Notes under the pieces: generated by a model | What the model was told of the DNA's origin: nothing | Seen by the model: the letters and a program-made list of their open reading frames with translations, nothing else | Databases searched by the model: none | Shown: piece by piece, positions 12,148 to 25,299 of the stretch | How positions within the stretch are numbered: position 1 is the first letter of the stretch | How the letters are laid out: each line of letters begins with the position of its first letter | Position numbers and translations under genes: made by a program | Source of the DNA: Phoronis australis | Taxonomy: Eukaryota > Animalia > Phoronida | Reading direction: 5' to 3' | NCBI GenBank assembly: GCA_002633005.1 | Contig: NMRA01000084.1 | Coordinates: 17,171 to 81,170 of the forward strand | DNA length: 64,000 nucleotides

Positions 12148-13484
12148 AATAACATATTACTATAGAGCGAAAAGGTGAAAATAAATTTATTACATTGTTA
12201 AATGAATATCCAGCCCACTGGACTAATTAGTGACATTAAAAGAAATACACGAATAGCAATGCACATATTATTTAATAAATTAAGTGACCAGAAAATTTGT
12301 CCGTCTGTTAAAAAGCAGCATATAGCTAAATCATTACAAAAATGTTACATAAAATAGCAAGCTTGTCTTCAAAACATAACAGGTCGAAATCCGGGAGAAT
12401 AAATGTGATTTTATCAAACAACAAAATTCTTAAATCTCCGCAAAAATGACGATGTCATCCTCAACAGCGCGCAAATTACAAAGCAAGAGTCTGATACAGA
12501 TATCAGTGTTAAAGAACTCTACCAGTTTCAATTTGAAGTGAGGGAGTTCCAAAGCGAAATTGTGATAAAAGTCATCTACGATAACTGGACAAAGAGGAAA
12601 GTAAGCATTTTTCATTAAAAGTACTTTTTAAAATCTTGAGGTTTTTAATTTCGGTGATTGATTAACAGTATTTTTCCAATCATCAACTACTCATAATAGG
12701 ATTTGTTTGTAAAAGAGTGCATGTTCAATGAACCAAGTAGGAGTATTACAAGTTCAGATTGTCATTGTCAAATGACCAGAGTTGCACGTGATGATTGCAT
12801 TTGTTATTCACAGCTTTTCTGAGTAATAATTTCACGGTGGTGGCATAACGCTCAACGAAATTAATTCTTAGCTATGTACTGGTCAAGTTTTAAGAAATCG
12901 CCAAATTAATGAACCTCATTAATGCGCAACGCGATTTTCAATATACAGCAGCATTTTAAGTTATAGAAATACCTTCAGAGGAATGTGATTTGATACTGCA
13001 TATTGAGCTTTTGTTAACACAAAATCAAAACAAAGTTTAATAGCACATTTTCAGAAGAAAATTATTTCGAAAGAACTTGACGATGAAAAAAACATTTTTC
13101 TCAAATTTCGAGTCATGTCTTACGCGGTAATCATTGTAACTGTACACATTTACCATAAGAACGTGAAAAAAGAGATTAGGCTTACTAGCACCCTTTAAAG
13201 TTGTATTTGCATGATCCTAACTATGCTAATGTATATCAGGAACTAAACGACTATGAATATCATCTACGCTAAACAAAGTGAAGTTGTATTCATTGACAAC
13301 TTGAAAATGTGAAAACGAAAACATCAGCAAAATAAAGAACTTACTGCAAGGACTTACGGATTGAGTTAGCTACGTTGCGTCTTCGTCTCGAGGACTTCCG
13401 CAGGCCACTGAGGTGTCACGTGACTAATCATGTGATCGATAGCCCAGTTTAGGCGGGATACCCTTTAGCGCCCTATCCCAAAAT

Positions 13485-15651
13485 CTTGGTAACTCAAATG
13501 ACAGTGATATTGAGGAATATTCCACAGACGATGAAGATTATGAAATACCTGAGGACCAGTCCGAAACTCCAGTGCTAAGCGAATCTTCTGATAGAGATGA
13601 ACCTGTGCCCCAACGTGCTGCACCACAGCCTTCTACGTCCAAGAAGAAGACTGCTTATTAATGGATCAAATCTCAGTTCGTGTCACCCGATGCTCTCTTC
13701 AGAGGGAAGCTGTTAGATTTGCCTGATGATTATCAGTTACCATCGCCTATAATTTTTTGTAGGATTTCCTAACAGATGATATGTTGGACTTGCTTGCCGA
13801 GATGTCTAATCAGTACAGTGTAGAAAAAACTAGAAAGTCTGTTGACAATGATAAAACTGAATATAAAGAAAATGATTGGTATGTTTTTGAGAATGGGTCT
13901 AGCGAAAATGCCAGGTAATCGCTGTTACTGGGAGTCTGACACTAGGTATGAACCCGTGGCAAGTGTGATGAGCCGAAACCGGTTTCAGTTACTACTAACC
14001 TAACAGGCTCACAGCACTTTGTCAACAACACCGCTAGTGATGAGGACAAGAAGGACAAACTGTGGAAAGTACGCCCTTGGCTTGAGAAATTTCGACAGAA
14101 TTACCTGAAACTTGTTCCCGAAGAGCAAAACTCGATCCGGACGAGATGATGATCCATTTCAAGGGCAAGTTCAGCAAACTGAAGCAGTACGTCAAGGGAA
14201 AACCTCATTCATGGGGCATCAAGGTGTGGGCGAGAACTGGTGCAGGTGGGATCCTGTATGATTTCGATGTGTACCAGGACAATCGTGAGGGGACGGCAAA
14301 AAGTGCTTTGGGTGTTGGGGCAGACGTTGTCCTGAACCTTGTCAAGACCCTGCCACAGAACATTCCTGGGGCTAATGCTCTGAATTACAAGATCACTGCG
14401 GACAACTTTTTCACTGGGATACCTCTAATCATGGAGCTGAAGTCGAGAGTCATTCTCTATACTGGCACCGTGCGTCCTAACAGATTGCCTGGTGTAAAGC
14501 AGCAAACGGAGTGGACGTGGCGCTATCGACTGCTGTTTCGAGGAATCGGGGATTGTGGCGGTGCTACTCGAGAGCTGTAACCACACTGTCAACTAGGCAA
14601 TGACCATCGCCTCTGTTGGCCCGAACCAGTTCGGGCCAACAGAGGCGATGGTCATTGCCTAAGTGTCAACATGCTGTGGCACTGAGCCTGCAAACAGTGT
14701 CAAGCGCTATGAAAAGTCATCGCGTGCACAAGTGAACGTGCCTAGGCCTGCGGTCATCAAGGCCTACCATGAGAACGTGGGTGGTGTGGATCTCCACGAC
14801 TGTTTTGTAGCCAAGGGGAGCTACAGAACGAAATCGAAGCGGTGGTATGATCTTTACAGTTTCTGGCACACCATCCGCATGATGACGGTTAATGCCTGGC
14901 TGTCGTATAGCCGAGTATGCAAGCTGCTGAATTTGCAGTCACGTGATGTTCTGAATCCGCGGAAGTGTAAGGCCAGACTTTCCACCCTATTTATCGACCT
15001 GAACAATGGCTGCAAGAGAAAACGTGGACGCCGTTCTCTTGAAGATGCAATCGAGGCTGCCGGTGATCGGAGAAGACAGAATCCGATTCAGGTCATGCCA
15101 GCCCTGAGGACAGAAGGGACATGTTTTGCCACTTTATGATTAAGGCTGACGAAAGGCGTCGATGAAGGGTTTGCGGCTTAAAATCGAACAATGAATGTGA
15201 GAAGTGTAAAATAAACATCTGGTACACTAAACAGAGGAACTGTTTCAGAGAGTTTCACGTTCGACTGTAGTCCAGTAGTCCTGATTTGCATAACTGTGGC
15301 AGTGACTGCAGGCGAGAATATTTGTCGCAGAATATACATGTATAAGGCATAGTTGTTGTAGTGTGTATTGCATCTTCACGTTGATTTAAAATGTTTTGAA
15401 GACAATTTTTGATCTGAAGTTGAAATAAAACTTATTATCTTCAACCGAACACTTGTTTTATTGTGACCAATATTTGGTCTTTTTTCGACCCTCAAATCCC
15501 ATTGGGTCACCGGAGGAACAATTAAGAAAAATTAATTAGCAAGCGTGAAAATGTTTTTGACCATACACGTTTGTTTTTAGGCTTATAAGAAATGTTCTGG
15601 TGGAAAATCATATTCTTTAATCAGTTTGAAATTAGTTTGGGCCCCTGAGGG
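13485..15651 (+). mobile_element. Decayed piggyBac (PGBD-like transposase pseudogene), 5' end not found
   Basis: Acidic N-terminus, MSRNRF, DKLWKVRP, DEMMIHFKG, KPHSWGIK, ADNFFT, GTVRPNR, GGVDLHD and a C-terminal Cys-rich domain. Multiple stops and frameshifts. 3' end ...cccctgaggg followed by ttttaa. Confidence 0.9.
14594..14661. mobile_element. 68-bp perfect hairpin insertion with 9-bp TSD
   Basis: 33-bp arms (14594-14626, 14629-14661) with a 2-nt loop, flanked by actgtcaac / agtgtcaac. Confidence 0.85.
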
Positions 15652-16452
15652 TTTTAACATATCATGAGTTGTTAGTTTGAAATGTGTGTATGTTGATGGC
15701 CAATTTTAGTTTAAGGTTGTTTGAGACTGTTTCAAATCATCGTTCATTTTTAACGTGTTTCATGCTTTATACTTTTCATGTGGCTGGTAACATTTAGGAA
15801 AAAATGCGCGAGTAGTCAAATGAGTTACAACAGCCTAAGTAAAGGTATATTGACAGGGAACATGTCCTTGCATCAGCATTCATCAAAGGTTTCTGTATAA
15901 GTTGAAAATATTCAAAAACCGTGACCGTAATTTTACTAAGCTAGCGCCGACGTTTTCACCGGTACTGTAAAATACGTTCAGTGCTGAGCACTCACCTGAA
16001 AATGCTACCAAAATCGATTTTAAATAATAAAAATAATGAAAAATCTAATATAAAATCTCAGACACGGTTTTCACGTTAAAACATCGAGCTGACAGATTAT
16101 TCAAACGCGAATAAAGTCGATGTACTCTGGAAACATTGCATTTCGAAGTTGGGAGTCATGCTCAAAAAGCAGTTGAACACGCACAATTTTGTTCTCGACT
16201 TGTATTCTAACCTACGCTTTAAGGTCGTGACAGACGCTGTGATGCATCCAAACCTCTTTTTACTTTAATTTTCAAAATAATGCTAAATTTATAACCGGAA
16301 CAAATATTTAGCACGCAGATGGAGAAAAATGTAAAGAAGGTTAACAGGTCACCCTCGAGTGAGTAAACATGAGTAATGCGGAGCGTTGAAATGCGACCAC
16401 CAATGCATTGCAAATGGTGTTCTTTTAGGGTTATTTATTAGTATCATAAAAA

Positions 16453-16471
16453 TGACCACTAGATGGCGCAA
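16453..16471 (+). promoter_or_regulatory. CTCF-like motif TGACCACTAGATGGCGCAA
   Basis: Close match to the CTCF core CCACYAGRKGGCRC. Binding is not demonstrable from sequence. Confidence 0.35.
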
Positions 16472-17548
16472 AAACGTACAATCCATCCAAAAACGGTATC
16501 ATGCCATATTTCATAAAAATCTGTCAAGAAACTTCAGAGAAACAAAGGAAAACAGCATTTTTAAAAACGGTAAAATTAATAAAGTGACTAGTCACTCTCA
16601 GCATAATTGAGGACAGTGGAAAGTTTTAAAAAGTTTTAATAAAAAGAGTTTCAAGCATTTGAAGTCCTCCTTGATCTGATCCTAGACATCAGTGCCGAAG
16701 CCAAATTTGGGCATTTCTCCGCTTAAATAATTGGCCGATACATGTGTACGGTTTGTACTTAAAGTCCTTCTCTCACGCGTTGTTAACCCTTATTACATGG
16801 TTAGAAGATGTTATAAGGATCCAAGAAGTACCTACCCCATAACTAATACACGATCCGTACTCGAAAACAGTTGAAATGTACGCGCCACTCACGATTCGCA
16901 CCCGAAGAAACCCGAATTTTGCCAAGTAAATGTCACACCAAGCCTGAAATGACTAAACTGATCAGCTCCACCGTGAAGCTAGGGGGGCGAGGCTACATTC
17001 ACGGTCAACAACAGATATGGCGCTAGCCATCTTGAGATACACGTGTGGTTGCACCTCCTCAATGTCTCGAGCTTGCGACTGGCTAAAAAGCAGCATACAT
17101 CGCCGCCTCTTGTTCCTTGCCACTTGAAAAATTTCATAGACAAGATAGCTGTATCACATAGGAAAAATGTATTTACCCCTTGCCACGGTAACACAATGTA
17201 AAGACTGCAGCTGCGGCCCATGATAGTCTAAAGATAATTCTCATATATCAGTTCTGAAGCAAACTTTTAAAAAGAAAACCAACACACTTTGCGTCTTTTA
17301 AAGGTTCATTCGCGGAAACCAGTCAGCCATCAACCCCAGCCAGTAGGAGCCAGATAGCGGCGCAACGTCTGATTAAATATTACAATAAGTTTCCAGAATA
17401 GTTGCGCTTTATAGTTTTTCGCATCAAATTTGATAACATTTTGAATAAAACAAAAACAAGATTTCCAAAGTAAGCTTCAGTTTATCCACAGCGCGTTTGT
17501 TGGTCATTTATCGCGCGGAACTAAAATCTAATTACAGCTGCCCAAAGT

Positions 17549-18910
17549 CTATTCTATACCAAAATTGGCTAAATCCGGGTACTTTTTACCAACCATGTTC
17601 CTCCAGAAGCGAACCCGCCTCTGCTCATTACCTGCGGTAACAACTATTATCTTAACTACCGGTGACTCCAATACAGCCTTCTCTGACGTTGGGCCGTGCA
17701 TAGTCAATAGGTCGTTAAAGTGAAAGTAGTTGATTTCATCCGGCACAAGTCTAGGTAAGAGCCCAGTCAAGTACGCATCGTCCACCCAGAAAAAAGGATG
17801 CCGTTGACTAGCATTATATAAGTCTCTAGCCACGTCTGACGTCATCATGAAGCCCGCGCCTGCGCAGTAACGAGGATAAGTGTCACGTCCGACCAGCTCC
17901 TTACCATCAACGCACCATTTTAAGCATGATTTGGGGTCACGCATTACATGCATAGCGTTTTGAGGCCATGCATAGCACGCGATGAAATGTTTGTCGTCTT
18001 TGCGATCGACATACAAATAACGCAAGGCAGCAAAGATGTTGATTATCATATCATCATCGCTCTTAAGCACGTACCGGGCCTGTGAACAGAATGTCGATAT
18101 CCACTGGAGGCCCATTATTGCCTTAAGAGTTAAGTTTTTGTAACTATCAATAAAATCTCCTTTTACAATGTCCTTGTATAAAGCCTGCTCGTATTGCAGT
18201 GTGTCGTGCAGACCTTCGTCTTTGTCTTGTAAAACGCCGATGAGAAATATGACTTTGATCTTGACCTTTTTAAACAGTCGCACACTTCCCCAGGTTTGGC
18301 GAATGTGGTTTCTTCTAGAGTGATGATCAGGCGTTGAGTGAACGTATATAATGACATCTATAGGCTCTTGCCCACACAAGTTTTCATTGTTCATCAAATA
18401 CGAAATTTTGGGAGGATAAACAGGCTTCTGGAAATAAACTGCGTCCGTCCAATGCTTTTTTGACTTGTTCATTTCCTTAGGCGGATTCAGGGGATCAAAC
18501 AACTTCGGCATTTTAACATTTTTGTACCCGTCCCACTTATCAAACAGCAACCGGATTTTTATCTGGTTGGCGTCTTGAACTTGATCTTTCAGTTTTGGTG
18601 TCAGTACTGACGATGTTGTAGTGGAAGCCATGTTATCATATGAAAACCCTAAAGATGCCCTGACGGAAAAGGTCTTTGGGATAGTGCTCTTTTCGGCATG
18701 ATCAAGGCGTTCGACTGATTGATTTCCAACGAACATATTTTGAGCAAAAACCTGATTGTGTTCCAAACCGTAGTCCGTGGTGTCCGACACCGTCCCCATC
18801 GCCGCCAGACCATCTTGATACGTGCGAAATCCAAAGAAGCCAAACAACGTGATGCAACAAAGAATCAAAGCCTTCACTGTTCCACGAATCGTGTGTCTAC
18901 AAAGTTTCAT
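17549..18910 (-). CDS. Beta-1,3-galactosyltransferase-like (GT31 / Galactosyl_T) type II membrane glycosyltransferase, paralog A, 453 aa
   Basis: Intact ORF with N-terminal basic tail and TM helix. Motifs RRNHIRQTWG, DFIDSYKNLTLK, LKSDDD, YPRYCAGAG, VDDAYLTG. Upstream acceptor tgtttcag| at 19038. Confidence 0.95.
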   Translation of the reverse strand: MKLCRHTIRGTVKALILCCITLFGFFGFRTYQDGLAAMGTVSDTTDYGLEHNQVFAQNMFVGNQSVERLDHAEKSTIPKTFSVRASLGFSYDNMASTTTSSVLTPKLKDQVQDANQIKIRLLFDKWDGYKNVKMPKLFDPLNPPKEMNKSKKHWTDAVYFQKPVYPPKISYLMNNENLCGQEPIDVIIYVHSTPDHHSRRNHIRQTWGSVRLFKKVKIKVIFLIGVLQDKDEGLHDTLQYEQALYKDIVKGDFIDSYKNLTLKAIMGLQWISTFCSQARYVLKSDDDMIINIFAALRYLYVDRKDDKHFIACYAWPQNAMHVMRDPKSCLKWCVDGKELVGRDTYPRYCAGAGFMMTSDVARDLYNASQRHPFFWVDDAYLTGLLPRLVPDEINYFHFNDLLTMHGPTSEKAVLESPVVKIIVVTAGNEQRRVRFWRNMVGKKYPDLANFGIE

Positions 18911-19089
18911 GATACACGTCGACGGGTCTGATGGGCGACTATGTCCACGACGTGAGATAGCTGCAGGCTAGATTTTTACTTCACCACTACCTACTTCCAT
19001 TTCCCAAGTACCACATCAGTCTGAATGACAATCGATACCTGAAACAAAAGCAAATATTTCGTAACGACGGAACTAACTCGTGGTAACTC

Positions 19090-20410
19090 TTGTTATTCTA
19101 CGCGTGCCAGCGCAGAGTAATGTTGTTGTAGAGTTTTCTTCAATTTTATTCTTAATCTTATTACTCTGCGCGTGTTCCCGCAGAGTTTTGATGTTCTAGG
19201 TATTTTATCTTCTCATGCTTTACAGTATATCATTAACTTCTTCCTTCCTTCTCAGATTATTACACTTACATCGCTTTCCTCAGAACAATCGCAGTCATTG
19301 TAGTTGATACGATAATTATTGGACTTTTACTAATTTAATTATCATAATATTTTGACCTAAAATGCACCGAAATGATCCCAAACAGTTCAATGAGTGCATT
19401 CTGTGAAATTCTTGTTGTGCAGATTTTTAGATAGACTCTTCGAATTTTAATAACAAGTAGGTACTAGAGAAATGCATCCGTAATTTACTTGGAGTTGCAA
19501 TCGGATCAAGGGAACGGAGTTTCCGGAACAAAGGTCATTAAGTGCAAAAGTGATTTTTGAGCTAAACCTTTCTGTTTTCTATTCGTAAAGGAAGTTTAGT
19601 CACGAACAATTGGGGTCATTAGGTGCAATTTTGTGGTCATTAAGTGCAGCAGTTTACTGTTAAATTTCAGACGTTCAATCAGCTAGTACTTTCATATTGT
19701 ATCAGGGAGACTGTTCATATTCATAGTGGTTGAAGCAATTGCCAATCAAATTCTATTGATAATAGGGTATGACCTAAAATGCACTGACGCTAAATAACTC
19801 TAAAACGACTGCAGGTAAGTTCTTTAAATTCAATGTATGATATTAAGTAGTATATAAACTTTGATTTATTATATAATCATTTTCCACAATGCACCGGAAT
19901 AGGTCATATAATTTTACAAGAACTACTCCGTCTTCGATTTAAAAAGTTTCCTCTTCAAATTAGGAGCACAGGTGTAAGGCACAAGATAATTTAAAAATTT
20001 CTTTTCTAAGTAATCGGGTCATCCGATCACATTAAATTGGTCAAAGGTCATAAGGTGCAAGCTAAGATTTTGAGCTAGACATATCAAATTCACACATCTG
20101 ATTGGTACATTTAATTGAGTTCCTAAGTTCCAGGTGCAATCATGAGGTCATTAGGTGCATTTTTTACGAAATGTTGACTTTTTTATTCAACACGTATTCT
20201 GATGTGTCAACAGTTAGACAACTGTGATTCTCAGTAATTACTCTTAGTGTTGAATTCTCAACAAGTTGCGATCTGCTGGCATTTTAATTCCCCATATTGT
20301 AAAACCAACCAAAAATTATGTGCACATGGATCAAGGAATAGCAAGTTGTTGTGATTGTGAATAAATACACGCATTTCTCAAGGTCATAGAGTACAACACA
20401 AGGCGGTGCA
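19090..20410. repeat. Non-autonomous repeat with recurrent GGTCATTA(A/G)GTGCA motifs
   Basis: Motif at ~19533, 19614, 19635, 20046, 20146 and 20382. Related tgacctaaaatgcac at ~19352 and 19770. Short hairpins at ~19091-19170. Confidence 0.5.
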
Positions 20411-21270
20411 ATTTGTGTTCCAAACAGACGAAAATGTTCTGAACAGGATTAAGAGTTGTCGAATATTAGCTCCGAAAATTGAATGTTTAAACGAAAGTTA
20501 AGGTTTGACTGTTTATAGTAAGCTGAGGCATTAATTATTGAGTATTTTTCCCAGAGAGGGGTGCCCAGTTTTAGTGACAATTAGTGGCAGTTTGTATGAT
20601 TGACAACCATGAGAATAGGCTATTGTTTCTTTCTCGTTGATTGTTCGTTTTGTAGACGAAGGTGCGTATACAATACATGTGTCACCACCTTTGAAAGTCT
20701 TAAAAGACGTGGATTTGGGGAAATGGTTTGCGTAAATAAGAAGAATGAGGGGACCAACAATACCTCCATGAGGTACATCTGTAATGATGGTTGATTATTG
20801 GAAGAGACATACTGATGTTGCTTGGTCAAGTTCTTTCTGAATTATAAATGTTCGACTCCGCTTATAACGTGAAATGAAAAGTTGTCTAGTAAGATACCAT
20901 GGACTATTGTACGAAAGGCTTTAATAGTAGAAATACCAATCCCTATATTTAATTATATGTACTTGGGACCAACAGCATTGATCAAATAGCAATTTAATTA
21001 ATATTTCATGTTAAAAGATAAAAGTTCATGTTTTTGTAATCTGAAAGGCCGGCAGTCAGCTTTTTTCGGACTATTGTCCCTTTAAACTATCGACCGAGAG
21101 CCGGTGTCAGGAAATTGATCATGTCCTTTCAGAGTGCCAAAATATTTTTCTATTTCCTCAGGTAGGCCTCCCATTTTTACGAGTATACGTCACGGTTTGA
21201 TCTGTTGCTACCATCACTGTTTCAGACAGGTTTGACATCATAGGAACAATATTATTTCTTTCCGCTTTTA

Positions 21271-22496
21271 CAGTGGCGGATCTACGGGGAGGGGGTTCAG
21301 GGGGTTTAAACCCCCCTTGTTCCAGGACCCAAAAATAAAAAAAGACAAAAACGTCTTCAGCAAAACAGAAACGGCACCGCCAGTGTGTGTAAACCCCAAA
21401 TAAAACCAACTTGGAAAAAATAGAGGGGGGAGGGTTCACTTTGAAAATATAATTTTTTGCATTGTGAATTGCTGTTATGAAAATCAAAGCATTTCGTGTC
21501 TTCGTGGCTCATCGGCAAAACGCGCGGAGAGATCAATTGTGCGCGCGCTTCAGTCGACACTTCTGAAGTAGCCAATTAGGTAATTCATGCACGCACCCAC
21601 GGGGGGGCTCTGGGGGGCTCGAATGTATTGTGACGTTTTTTTTTACCAAAGTGTGCTTTCTAAAACTATTTATCTCAGCCAGTAGTGTTTGGTCTCGCGG
21701 CAGATCGACTATGTTTATAGGGATAATAAGCACAGGTGTACTTTTGGTCTCGTGACGAACCAGGCCAGCCTTTTTGTGTACTCTCAGTGTACATGTACAT
21801 GTGGTCCCTCTGCGAACTGGTCCTGTATTTCTTTTCACCAAGGTGTACAGAAAGTTTTGGTTTCGTGAAACTGTTTTCAGGTGATTTGCTTCCTGATATA
21901 TTTGACGTTTTTCAATTGTTGTCAACGTGATTCAATTTAATAAAGTGATATTTAATTGCTTATTGTCGCTTTTAATAATAGACTATGAGCTGAGAGCACC
22001 GTCGTTCGCCGGTTTTTCTCGAGAGAGACAGAACACATGACTTGTTTATTTCCGGACTCCGGCCTTCGTTCTTAAACAACTTGAGGCTGCTGTTACGTGA
22101 TCATCTGATATTCAAGTTTTTACACCACACTTTTTCGTATACCACTTTTCGTATGCTAAAATAGCAGATGTTCCAACAAAAATTTTTGCTGGTGGCGTGA
22201 CTCATACCCAAATGTGCACACATATGGTTTCACGAAAATTATGAGCCAAGTTCATGAGACGAAATCGAGAAGGGTTTTAAATTACCTTAAGAAAAACTCC
22301 AAAGACATGTTAAGTGCCAGAAACTTACCAGGATGTATGGAAAGTTCACTGTTTGGCTACAAAAACAAAAAAATGTTTTACACGGGCGGAGGGAGACCCC
22401 CTCTCGACCTTCCCCCGCTCGGCGCCACGCGCTTCGGATTGGACCTTTGCGGGAATCCTAACCCCAACCCTTACTGAAAACGTAGATCCGCCACTG
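21271..22496. mobile_element. Non-autonomous hAT-like element with CAGTGGCGGATCTACG TIRs
   Basis: Perfect 16-bp TIR cagtggcggatctacg / cgtagatccgccactg. Ends are shared with 56091-56265. TSD unclear. Confidence 0.75.
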
Positions 22497-23266
22497 ATTT
22501 TAAGATGTTTAAAGCACGGGACAATGCCGACACTGGTTTAAACTATTGGCTCATCCTTCTCAAACGCGACCTTTTGCTGTTACACTGGTAAAAATCATTC
22601 AACCTGCCCGCAAATAAAAGCGTGCTTTTATTTTCTTACAACGCAAGGTCTGTAAGAAATTCGCAACTAAGGTGGTATACAGAAACTTTGGTCTCGCTCC
22701 TTTTGTGTGAAGCGGGCAATTACTTCATTATGCAGTAAAACACTGACTGAAATAAATTGAACTATCGTAGATTAAAACAGGCGTTTCTTCTATCAAATTG
22801 GTTGCTGAAATCTAGGAGCATATGTATATTACTCCCAGTCGAAATTCAAATTAAAATGTTATGGTCGTTCTTTCTCGAAGAAATACGATAAATATTAGTC
22901 AAAATGCGATGTCATTCTTTGTGTTGAGCTTACCAAGGGAAATGTGTTTAGTGTAATGCCGGATACACAATTTGTTTATGACCTATGACCTGTTAGCGCC
23001 AGCAAAAGATTGTAAGAACGTTTATCAATAAAAAAAATTGTTACCTGATCCTGGAACCTCCTTTTGTCTGGAGTTGAAACTGTACGATTTACAGTTTTAT
23101 TATACCAAGAAACTATTCACGTTAAAAAACAACGGAAAGAACATAATTTGAGCTGGCACATTTGACAGAATTTCATTCAAGCAATCCGAGAAAGAAAACG
23201 TTAAGTGTATGAACCGTTTTCCTGCGCCTGACAAATACCATGCAAGCTCATGAAATATGACGTTGC

Positions 23267-23386
23267 TTTCGTAAAATGTAACAATGTTATATTTCTCGCA
23301 TTGTAACAATTACATAAAATGTAACTTGCTACATTTTAGAAGAGGCCGAGCAACGTAAAATGTAGCTACTGTTACATTTTACGAAA
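23267..23386. repeat. Small foldback/MITE-like element with 17-bp inverted repeat
   Basis: tttcgtaaaatgtaaca / tgttacattttacgaaa, with internal taaaatgta copies. Confidence 0.6.
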
Positions 23387-24129
23387 TTGTTAAATTTACG
23401 GCGTATCAGCGCACGCCCTACGCACACCCAACTCAAAACGTGGACACGTACATCAGACCAAGCCCTACTTGATCAAGCACAGCTAATGAGCCCTGGAGCA
23501 CGAGCTGTTACCATGGTGATGTTAAATAGCTGTACTTCAGTTTCAAAAATAATCTCTACCCAACTCTTGAATTTCAATTTCAATTTCCGTTGAATCCTGG
23601 GGATTATTTCAGCGACATTTCATGCGCACTACGATAAACCGACAACTTTGGAGTCTATCGCAAGCTGTGTATGACGTAACTTTCAGAGGGACTGAAACGC
23701 GGCTAAACAAGTACATGTAGTGGTGTTCGCGTGTGCGGGGTGATGAGCATTGTTTTCGTAATTTTTTTCATTTAAAGCTGTTGAAAAACCAATCACATTG
23801 ACATAAATAGCGGATCTAAGCGTGTTGAAGTTACGCGTCTGGTGCACAGCGATGACGAATCAAGTAAATAGTTTCGAAAGTTCACTGAACATAAGTTAGC
23901 TCCAGCGAACGTTCCGAATAAAGTGAATGAACCAACGGATCAGACTATTTCACTTACACGACTTGGCTCCGATCGATGGACAATGCTCACCACGGACATT
24001 GGCGGATATAGTAGTCCCTGAGTTAGAGAACTAGCTTCATTCGATAACTAACTACCTGCTAATAATTCACTGTTGCCTGGTTCTCAAAATTAGGGACCGC
24101 TATATTCAAACCCCTCCCTCCCACATCAA

Positions 24130-24380
24130 TTGTCACAATGTCATCCATGGCTGGAAATGATACAACATACATGTAGGTTCTACTCCCCATTTCCACAACT
24201 TTCATTTTCCCTAGCCTCAGCAATATTTCTGCTACCTCCAGTCCCAGGGACTACTGGTGCTCATCATCCCAGTACTGAGAGAGCGAGTGCCGTCTGCTCA
24301 TGGGTACTGGGGAAGGTAGGACCGTTGGCACTTCAGGCTTTATATGCACCTGAACTCTCACAAGATAAGCCATAACTGTT
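24130..24380 (-). pseudogene. Old CR1/L2-like LINE RT fragment
   Basis: Degenerate YKA*SANG...LALSVL and frameshifted VP/DWR resemble KA.GPDG...VP.DW. Very eroded. Confidence 0.3.
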
Positions 24381-25299
24381 AGTTCGAGTCTGGCACGATG
24401 TTAGTCTTCCACAGCTGTGATATCTCTTAACACTGGTAATGCACTACTAATACACACCTTGAAGTACCTCAAAATTTTAATTAAAGTGTTGAGCCAGCTG
24501 CGGTAGACAAGTCATAAAATTATCTGTAGTCAAAATCTCATGTAACACCTGTGTTACTCAGTCGTGTTTTCCAATTAAAGAAATGAATGAAAACAAAACC
24601 TAACATAAACACAGGGGGCATTTGCCGCGACGAAAAAAAGTGTAGCAACAATTTTTCATCATGTTTATCTCCAAGCAAACTGCGACACGTTGACGAACTG
24701 GAAAACGGCGAGATGAAGAATGTGTTGTAACGGAAATAAGAAACCTAACGTCCTGTCCATTGCGATGATGGCTAACATTAAAGGGATGTTCCTTCAAGCA
24801 CACGTGACCACTACTGTATTACTGATGGCGCCGCATTATGTTTTCTATGTTGAAATAATGGAGAAATGCAGAACCTACCCAAACGCACTGCATGGCGGCA
24901 CACTTGTTTAAAGGTTTAGTGCCCGGCTGCACGAGTACCAAATCTGGACTTCACCAAGTTCCCCAAATATGTTGTGTAATATTTTTCTATCGTTTTATCT
25001 TCATTGTCAGCATATCTTTGATTAATGAAAATTTCTATTCATATGACTAAAAACTTAAGTTTATTTTGACTTAATTAAAGTTTAAAAATTTTAAGTCAAA
25101 ATAATTAGGAATTTATCCTTAAATTAGGGACGTTGCAAGAAAGAACCCGTGATAATTTTCAATAACATTAAGAATTCAATGTAGAGTTCACTCTCGAGTT
25201 GTATCAAATCCAAAAATTGACTCCATAATGAAACATTTATTTTCAATTACAATGAGAATTAAATGTAGAGTTCACTCTCGACGTGTATCAAATCCAAAA

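Noticed and set aside
14146-15139. Domesticated PGBD gene
   Set aside because: Multiple stops, frameshifts and a hairpin insertion disrupt the transposase.
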